DNA of 64,000 bases from Octopus vulgaris. Taxonomy: Eukaryota. Each line of letters opens with the position of its first letter. The stretch's first letter is position 1. The stretch lies in assembly GCA_951406725.2 (NCBI GenBank), contig OX597821.1, positions 96,658,001-96,722,000 of the forward strand, in the 5' to 3' direction. The notes beneath the pieces were generated by a model. That model did not search any database and was not told the origin of the DNA. It was given only the letters and a program-made list of their open reading frames with translations. Shown one piece after another: positions 54,596 to 64,000 of the stretch. Made by a program: the position numbers and the translations under genes.

Positions 54596-54886
54596 AACAA
54601 CAAACAAGATGAGGACAAATATCCGCCAAATGTAAATAATGTACATAATTCCTCATCCCTTAAGTATAGAACTGTATATGGTTGTGATGTCTGTGTCTGG
54701 TGTACCCTTATCAGACGGGTAGTCATAATGGGTATATTGGCTTCCTATATTTTACTCCACTGGCGTGCACTGCTCTCTCCCTGAATATTAAGTATTATTA
54801 TCATTATAGTTTCAAACTTTGGCACAAGGCCAACAATTTTGGGGGAGTGAGCAAGTCGATTACATCGAACCCAGTGCGTAATATAT

Positions 54887-55315
<429 letters not shown>

Positions 55316-56129
55316 ATCGCAAACATATGGCTACATTTTTATAAGTAACTAAGCACAGATAATTGAATCGATTCTCAATATATAACTGGGACTTGGGCTG
55401 TCAAAATTTAGCGGGAACTTGAGAAAGAATAATTGTATCTGATAAATGTATTTGCTTTTTGATTTTTTTGTTGTGTTTTTTTTTGTTTTTTATTTGTATT
55501 TTCATCATTGAAAGACAAAGAGTGTAAGTTAGAGAAAGAGAGAAAAGAGTGGAAAGTCAGAATATATATATGTGTGTGTGTGTGTGTGTATACATAGCGA
55601 GAGAGAGACATGGAGAGAAGGGAAGAGAGAAGAAGGGGTAGAAAAGGGGGGGAGAGTGAAATGTATAATTTACACTCCTGGTGACAGCCTGTCTCATTCA
55701 TTCTTGTCAAACTCTGTTTATTTCAATGATTTTTTTTCGCCCCCACCCCCACCCCCCACCAAACTCCAGCATTCCATCAAATCAATTTCCTTAGATCACT
55801 TCCAGGCAATTTGCCAAACAGTGCAGTCTCTGGCATCATGCAAATATGTTCTACACAGAACAAGTAAGTTAGAATTTAGTAGCATTTCTCTGGAAACGGA
55901 ACTTCCTTGTCAAGAGGATGCAGAGATAACCAATACAATCTATCATAATACGAACATTAACCAATCATTTAGACATTTTCGTTTTTCTTTTCTTTCTACT
56001 CACCTCTCTCTCTTCCTGTATCCTGTCTCTGTCTTACCTTTCGTTATATATTCATATATATTCATATGCATGTGTGTGTGAACGGGGAAGAATTGGTATG
56101 GCTGTTTCTGTTTCGTGTCTGAGTGCAGG

Positions 56130-56161
<32 letters not shown>

Positions 56162-56176
56162 TATGAATATATATGA

Positions 56177-56210
<34 letters not shown>

Positions 56211-56679
56211 ATATGTGTACGTATGTATATGCATTTATATAAATAGACATACATTTACAGACACACATACACACATACATGTACGTATATCTGCTTGTAG
56301 CTTAATTTATCGAAATACATGTACCTACAAACACATACATATATATATATATAGCCTTCGCGTAAACTATTGGTTCGTTTTGTTCTCTTACTTTATTATC
56401 ATCTTATAATCATCTCATAATAATGACCTTTATGACTCGTATTACTACCTCAGTCAATCTAAATGTATATATTTGTCACTACCTGTCATAAATAGCCTTT
56501 TTCTATTTGCAATATGCATTTTCGTTGATTTTTCATATTTTACCCTTACATTTCCACGTGTATTTTATATTTTCGTTTCGTAACATATTTCTACTATATA
56601 TATATAAATGCGTGTATGCTTGCTTGTATGTTTGTATCTATACGCTAATACTGCATGCATTTACACAGACACACGCATA

Positions 56680-56720
<41 letters not shown>

Positions 56721-56761
56721 TATGTAAATCCAAGCAAGTGTGTATGCATATATATATATAT

Positions 56762-56973
56762 TGGTTTCAAATTTTGGTACAACGCCGGCAATTTTAGGTG
56801 AGGTGTAAGTCGATTAGATCGACACCGGTGTTCAACTGGTACTTATTTTATCGGACCCGAAGTGTGAAAAGCAAGGTCGGCCTCGGTGGAATCTGAACTC
56901 AGTACGTTAAGACGGGTGGAGTGCCACTAAGTATTTTACCCGGCCGGTTAACGATTCTGCCAACTGGCCACCT
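56762..56973 (-). mobile_element. SINE family A, diverged
   Basis: Same body; tail ggtttcaaattttggtacaa. Confidence 0.8.
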
Positions 56974-57030
56974 TATGTATTCATATATATCATACGTAAA
57001 ATGGTTATAAGTTCCGCTTTAAATGTCCAC

Positions 57031-57488
57031 AGGAGCAGGAGTGGCTGTGTGGTAAGTAGCTTGCTTACTAACCACATGGTTCCGGGTTCAGTCCCACTGC
57101 GTGGCACCTTGGGCAAGTGTCTTCTACTATATAGCCTCGGACCGACCAAAGACTTGTGAGTGGATTTGGTAGACGGAAACTGAAAGAAGCCCGTTGTATA
57201 TATGTATATATATACATATATATGTATATACATATATATGTATATATATATATGTTTGCGTATATGTTTGTGTGTCTGTGTTAGTCCCCCTAGCATTGCT
57301 TGACAACCGATGCTGGTGTGTTTACGTCCCCGTCACTTAGCGGTTCGTCAAAAGAGACCGATAGAATAAGTACTGGGCTTACAAAGAATAAGTCCCGGGG
57401 TCGATTTGCTCAACTAAAGGCGGTGCTCCAGCATGGCCGCAGTCAACTGACTGAAACAAGTAAAAGAGTAAAAGAGTAAAAGAGAGTA
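57031..57488 (+). mobile_element. SINE family B, full length
   Basis: Consensus-like copy with (GTAAAAGA)x3 tail. Confidence 0.93.
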
Positions 57489-58476
57489 GGCCTTTAAATA
57501 TGTTCAAGACCTAAGGAAAAGGCAAGTTTTCACGAGGAAAACCATACATTGTTGAGCATGTCTGTTAGCTGGAAGAGATGAACGGTAATGAGTCCTAACT
57601 ATTTCCAGCGACTTAGGGTCCTGCAATTGCTTATGAACGTGCGGTGGAAATGAATGATCGTCCGATATTATGGATACTTAGAAACTGCACGATACTTAAG
57701 CACTAGAGTATTAACAAGTCAACGAGGAGCGCCTTTATGTACCTGCTCAGTCTGCTATAAACAACCAAATAGCCAACAAATCACACACAGCAATTTCAAA
57801 TGAGATGTAACAGTTAATATCGTCTTATATTGCTGTAAACAGACAGAATTGTCACAGCTTGAACGCATTTCATAATAATACTTTTCGATTAGGCTGGGTT
57901 GTTATTAGACATCAACAACTAGTTTGATGTGGTATTGAAAAACAAATTCGTTATAAATGGATCAGCAACACTGATAGATTGAAATATTGAGAGAATATGT
58001 CCTAATATTAATGTTCAAATGTATTCTGTAATTCCCTGCTAATCACCTAAATGCAATAAACATCTTTAAAATAATTTAGATATATTAACTTCAGGTATCT
58101 TTATCAGCACTTTTATTGAGAAGCTAAATATATACTTTCAACTGCCCAAGAGTTAAGCTTAAACTTGCGTCATGAAAAATCAATACCTGTGTGATTGTAA
58201 TTATACAACAAAAAGGGTATGGTGAATAAGACATATATACATAAATATATATAGGTTTCTGTATGTGTATGTATATATGTATGTATGTATACTCATATAT
58301 ATACACACATATATATGCATATATGTAATGTATATATATGTATGTATGTATGTATGTATATGTACATATATATATACATTGAAATTCCAATGAAGGAGCG
58401 TTTAATCTCCAATTCTTTCTCTATTGGCAAGAAATCTTGAAATAGAAATGAATAATGACATACATACATACACACA

Positions 58477-59250
58477 GCAGCAAAAATAAATATATTAATA
58501 CAGTACTGAAACGTGAAGTGAGAAAGAAAATTGTACGAGTTGGCAGTGAACTCCTCTCAAGAAACACTCTTATCCAGATGATCTCCTATACAGCCCCAAA
58601 ACAGCGGGGCTCTCTTACCTAAAATGTCGTCACAGTACTACCTCTCTATGCAGCACGATGTTGTTGCTAAAACAATTTACAATGCCATCCGCAAAAAAAA
58701 ATTTTCCTGAAATAAACTTAGAAAGTCCCTCTGTTTTGGAATACATTCATAAACATCAACTCAAGGAATACTGGTGGAGTACTTCTATCAAAACTTCTGT
58801 CAAATGTAAGCATAACAGGCTAGATATTGTTATTTGGGACAGAGGAGCAAAATTTGGTAAGGTCATAGAGGTTAGCTGCCCTACAGATATAAATATCTCT
58901 TTGAAAATCAAAGAAAAAAAGGATATCTATGGACAACTGCTTCGAAACCTCCAGCTTCTATATCCAAATTATGAATTTATATTTATACAATAATAATTGG
59001 AGCACTAGGTTTTGTTAGTAAATGCTTAAAGGAGAATCTGAATAAACTGGGATTTTCAGAAAGAGAAATCGATCGGCTAATTCGTACATTACAAGTGCAA
59101 TCTGTGAGTGGAACAGTAAAAATATGTAAGACTTTTCTCAAGTTCCAAATGTGAATTTGTCTGTGTTAACTACATCACAAAGATGGGGCCTTGTATCTTT
59201 GTTGGAAACCGGCTCCCGCCTAAGATTTATAGTAATTAAAAAACAGAAGA
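58477..59250 (+). mobile_element. R4/Dong-type LINE 3' end (RLE domain plus 3' UTR)
   Basis: PKMSSQYYL..HDVVAKTIYNAI; KHNRLDIVIWD..VIEVSCP.D.NI..K.KEK; IIGALGFV; SGTVKICKTFLK. Confidence 0.88.
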
Positions 59251-59256
59251 GACACA

Positions 59257-59394
59257 CATACATACATGCATACATACATACATACATACATACATACATA
59301 CATACATACATACATACATACATACATACATACATACATACATACATACATACATACATACATACATACATACATACATACATACATGCATACA

Positions 59395-59425
<31 letters not shown>
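59257..59425. repeat. (TACA)n followed by (TTAC)n
   Basis: Direct tandem repeat. Confidence 0.95.
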
Positions 59426-59426
<1 letters not shown>

Positions 59427-59429
59427 TAT

Positions 59430-60640
59430 TCTACTGTTAAAATTATCCCCTATTCGAATCCGTGGAAAATTGTTGCAGTGGATTAAGTATTTCCTTTGGA
59501 TAATACCCAACATGTGATCAATGGAATCCATACAAAACTGGCAAAAGTTACCAGTGGTGTTCCTCAAGGGACTGCGTTGGGCCCACCTTCCTTTATAATT
59601 TATACAAACAGCAGCTCAGATGTCGTGAAGGGGAGCAAAATATATGGCTCCAAGCTTCAAAAATTTACAAATGGCGAAGGAGACCGACCTAATCTCTTGT
59701 TGGATCTCTAGTTGCTGTAAGTCAATGGGCGGACAATAACAAAATGCTACTAAATGGCGGAAGATGCAAACACTGCATCTTTCAAAAGAGAATGTGCTCA
59801 AACAGCCATGTTTTCTTCCTTCAGGAGAACCACCCATAGTATTCAGTAATATCAAAGAGTAATTGTTGACGGGAATCTCAGCCGGAGCACTTTGGACTCG
59901 TAAATTAAATTCTTAGATCCTCAGAAGTTTCCAGTTCAGAGGACTTTCGGGTTCTCCTTTGTACGCTTACACCTAGAATATTGTTGCTCCCTGTGGTTTC
60001 CCCTAATAAAGAAAAAGTTATGAGAAATAAGGGACACCAGCGCGCAATTACTAACTAAAATGAGTGACATAACTGATATTGATTATTATTGGGTTGTCCG
60101 GAAAGTTCGTGCTGATTTTTAAAGGAAAGAAAAATGTCAATAGATACTTACCATTACATTCTTAATCAACCAAATATGAACAATTTTATTGCAACCCAAT
60201 AGTATCATCTTAAAACATTAAAATTATTTCCTTTCCAAAGCCAACGAAAGTAGTAGAATATTCGCACCATGTGGAGAATATACCACCAACATTACCCAAG
60301 CAACTTTAACATCGAGCTTACAATTCATTCAAGGTTGGGACCCATGCCATAAGTATACCCCAGCACCCCATTCACACACACACCCTACTTAAATCAAGCT
60401 CACAATACGTAACTACATTGCAGCACAATTACGTTTCCTCAATAGGCCCTACTACATTTAATATTATCCTAAAGCAAATTAAAAGCGTATCAAATCCCAT
60501 AACCTTCAAACGAGAACTGAAAAAGTTTCTTGAGGGGATACCAGACGAAGCACATACAGCTGGATATATCCCAGTCAACAGCAACTTTTGCTTGAATGAG
60601 CTATGAGCTCACAAAATGTTACTTTAAACTGACTTAAAAG
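59430..60640 (+). mobile_element. Decayed CR1/L2-group LINE ORF2
   Basis: IRGKLLQWIKYFL, VTSGVPQGTALGP, LEYCCSLW, GPTTFNI...FKRELKKFLEGIPD. Confidence 0.85.
60089..60199. mobile_element. 111-bp mariner MITE inserted into the LINE at TA
   Basis: TA-ttgggttgtccggaaagttcgtg (same TIR as 9932) ... gcaacccaa-TA. Confidence 0.8.
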
Positions 60641-60866
60641 ATTTTGTGGTGATGTTACTAATTTTGGTGTGATCTAGGTTAATTTTAACCAAAACATATC
60701 TAAATTTGTCTATACTTATACGTGCATAAATACATGCCCGTGCATACACACACACACACACATGCATGCATCATCCATACATATATATATAAATGTAACT
60801 ACATGTGGATCATTGGCGATTTTTTTCCTCCGTCCTCCTTTTCACTTGGACTTTGCTCTGTCTCCT

Positions 60867-60901
60867 GTTTCTGAAGAAGAGCTTTGCTCGAAACGTAAAA
60901 C
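60867..60901 (+). ncRNA. Minimal type I hammerhead ribozyme, canonical core
   Basis: gttt-CTGAAGA-a-gagc(ttt)gctc-GAAA-cg-TA-aaac. Confidence 0.8.
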
Positions 60902-61013
60902 TACCTTTCTTTCCTTCCCAGAGCGTCTGCTAATACATTGCATATGCCACGTCCTAGCGTTGTTGTTTTTTATCTTGCTTTTTTTCTGCGTTTTTTGAGG
61001 TGGGGATTAATTT

Positions 61014-61054
<41 letters not shown>

Positions 61055-61063
61055 GTATGTATG

Positions 61064-61120
<57 letters not shown>

Positions 61121-62336
61121 AGGTCAGCTCGAGTGAGTCCACACAATGTTCTGAGAATCGAAAAGAGCTCTTAAGCATGAATTTGTGTTGAATGGATGAA
61201 AAGTTGCACAGCATTGAACCCACTTTTCAGCGCAGTCAGCTATAAAATCAGAGGTACAACGGAGGTTGAGATGACCAGAAAGTGTGAATGCACAGCCCCC
61301 TCTCTCTCTCTCTCTACCTCTCTCTTTACCTCTCTCTATCTATCTCTCCCTCTCCTCCTCTCTCTGTATATATATATATAAATATATATATACGTATATA
61401 TGTAAACTAAACATCAAAAGTAATAATCTAAAAGCAATATTAAACATCACATGCCAAGGAATCCTTTCTTTATTAACTTTTGCTTCCGTTGTTTGTCGCT
61501 TTTTTATTTTAATAATCAACACAGGAGCTCTCAAAATACTACAGGTCACGCATGATTATTGACCAATAGCCATATTTTCTCTTTAAAATACCGAATGCAA
61601 ATCTAAACAAGCTAATGTATTTCATGTCAAAAATGTTGCATTGAGTATATTTATAGCAAATTTCTTTAATGAAATCGTTGTTGAGTAATGGTTAATTTTA
61701 TTGCTTTTAGCATATTTATTTCGATGGTTATAGTAAATGTCTATCTTCGGCTTAAAACGTCCAAGCATACGGCCTCGGTCATTCGATCGTACCCCTTCCA
61801 TTGTAATTTCCTATTTCTACATTACAGATATAATTATTTTCAGTTTATCTATTCACTGTCTTAAATTCTAGATTATTCTTCGCTGTAGGAGCTCTGTCAG
61901 GAAACAAGTCGTTCTGAATGGATCAACAACACTGAGAGAATGCAAGAACGGATGAGACTAAATCGTTCTGACATTAGTGGTCATATTTATTCTATGTATT
62001 TCTCACCGGTTCATTCAACTATAAACGTTTCTGAGATAATCTCGTGACGTACTATTCGATAAATGCGTTCAACCGTTTATTGACCACATAGAGAGAAAGA
62101 GACTGAGAGAATGAGTGAATGAGAGAGAGAGAATGAGGGAGAGGGAAGGAGAGAGAGTCGGCCTTTGGCAAACTGGAATTATTTGAGTCATAAATATATC
62201 TCACTATTTCGTCTCACTGCTTATTTAAAGCACAGGTTGACCGCTTATCTGGACTTGGCATACACACTCACACGTGCGTGTTAGTGTGAATGTCCAGGCC
62301 ACTCTCTATATGTGTGTGTTTGTGTGTATGCGTATG

Positions 62337-62367
<31 letters not shown>

Positions 62368-62645
62368 GCATGTACGTATAACTACATTCATAAGCACACA
62401 CCCATACATATACATTGCATGTTCCACATGCATGCATACATATATATGCATGCGTGCATATAATATATATATAAATATATACACGTGCACATACATGAGT
62501 GTCTGTGCGTGCGTGTGTGTGTGCGTCGCACGTGCGTGTGTATGCATACACCAAACATATAGACCTGCCACACAGCCGGTCACAAATAGGTACAAGGTGC
62601 ATTCAACCTGTTTTAGATAATGCAGTTATAAATGCTCTAGTTTTT

Positions 62646-62877
62646 TTTCTTTATTGTCTACAAGGGGCTAAACATAGAGGGGACAAAGAAGGACAGACAA
62701 TGGGATTAAGTCAATTACATCGACCCCAGTGCGTAACTGGTACTTATCTAATCGATCCCGAAAGGATGAAAGGCAAAGTCGACCTCGGTGGAATTTGAAC
62801 TCAGAACGTAGCGGCACTCTAAATACCGCTAAGCATTTCTGCCGGCGTGCTAACGGTTCTGTCAGCTCGCCGCCTTT
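62646..62877 (-). mobile_element. SINE family A, full length
   Basis: Consensus-like copy ending in cagctcgccgcc. Confidence 0.92.
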
Positions 62878-62989
62878 AGATTACTGTGATTTTAGTACAT
62901 CATTATTATATATCTAATAAGCTGTCCCTACAAACATTTGTTATTCCGGATCGAAGGTGATAGCTGTAACAATACTTAGAATACATTCT

Positions 62990-63685
62990 GCTAAACACTG
63001 CTTCTCATAGTAGACTCGTTTTCAGAAGGCAACTGGGACGTGAAGACAGTTTGGGTGCACGCTATGCAATAAGGTTTTGCATTAACTGGACGAAAACGTT
63101 GCAGAAACTTATGAGGTGCTCTAGACGGCTTAAGGGTTTACTTATATGAGCTGAGCATCTGTTTTTTGCTGATACAAGAGGCTAGGCAAAGCAAGTCCAC
63201 AGGAAAGCTCACAATGATCCTATTTTTCTATAACAGGGCATCATATACATCCATTTGGTTCCCTCTGACTAGATGATAAACAAAGTGTACTTTGTGGAAG
63301 TTTTGAGGGAGTTCAGGAAAAGATTTCGTCGCAAAAAATCATAGTACCATCACTGGACAATGCTCTGGTCCACAATTTCATCATGGCAACCAACTATTTG
63401 ACATTGGTGGGTATCAGAACCGTCCATCAACCTCCCTGCCGCCCAAGGCCCTGCTCTGTGTGACTTTTTGATTCTTTCCCAAGGTGAAGGAGGCCGTGAC
63501 AAGGATCCAAGATGTCTTCACTTTGGAGGAATTCTATTGGGCCTTCACGAAGTGGCTGGAGTGCTACAGCAGGTACACTAAAGTCAGAGGGTCCTATTTT
63601 GAAGGAGATTAGATTTTTGTTTTTCTTTGATATTAATTAATGTAACTCCTGAAAAAGTCTCAGAGCTCTTGGAATGCACCTTGTA
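62990..63685 (+). mobile_element. Decayed mariner (irritans/Hsmar2-like), internally deleted
   Basis: YAIRFCI.L..NVAETYEVL, INKVYFVEVLREFRKRFRRK, DNALVH, TVHQPP, CDF..FPK, AFTKWLE, GSYFEG; ends with tgcaccttg-TA. Confidence 0.8.
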
Positions 63686-64000
63686 ATTGCCTCCCCACCT
63701 CACAAAAATGGTAATTCAACTCATAGTCATTATGATGATCTGATACGTCTTTAAGATACTTCAATGCATTTCTTTCTAGCATATCAAATCAACTATGTAC
63801 AAACGGCTGTTACTGGAGCAAATTAACCTCTAACACTTTATTGATCCACTAATTAAAGATGCTAAATATACACAACACAGTGTTTTATGGATCCTATACA
63901 AAAGTATACAATTACACAAATAAAACATGTGTATAAAAGGAAATCTATGTCATTATGTGTAACTGTGTGTGCAAGAACATGTAAAGAAATATGTAGGTGC

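Larger units (their letters stand above)
53416..54675. mobile_element. Penelope-like insertion with two inverted 3' arms and 14-bp TSD
   Basis: TSD atatggttgtgatg at 53402-53415 and 54676-54689; GIY-YIG CVFSIPCSCGRLYKGETCRPL and PLWDKVKLIDREHHWKIRKLKEA on minus; 54215-54625 is the inverted counterpart of 53416-53965. Confidence 0.9.
53018..54780 (-). mobile_element. Repeat family D copy split by a PLE insertion
   Basis: 53018-53415 and 54676-54780 are contiguous parts of the reverse complement of 32112-32665. Confidence 0.88.

Overview
AT-rich, repeat-saturated eukaryotic DNA. It is most likely an octopus intron or intergenic region; this is inferred from the SINE families and the extreme microsatellite density. 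No host protein-coding gene can be supported, and almost every ORF in the track is translated microsatellite or decayed transposon. The window holds many copies of at least three tRNA-type SINE families with swapped heads and tails, and remnants of LINEs (R4/Dong with RLE, RTE, Tx1/L1, CR1-type, possibly R2). It also holds Penelope-like elements (PLEs), mariner/pogo DNA transposons and MITEs, and a Helitron-like end. The most notable signal is a set of seven hammerhead-ribozyme (HHR) motifs, from canonical to degenerate, several in short cassettes embedded in (TA)n. A second is a TSD-bounded 1.26 kb inverted PLE insertion (53416-54675) whose 3' end carries a tRNA-like Pol III promoter just upstream of an HHR. 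All calls were made by eye; no searches or folding were run, and boundaries of decayed elements are approximate.
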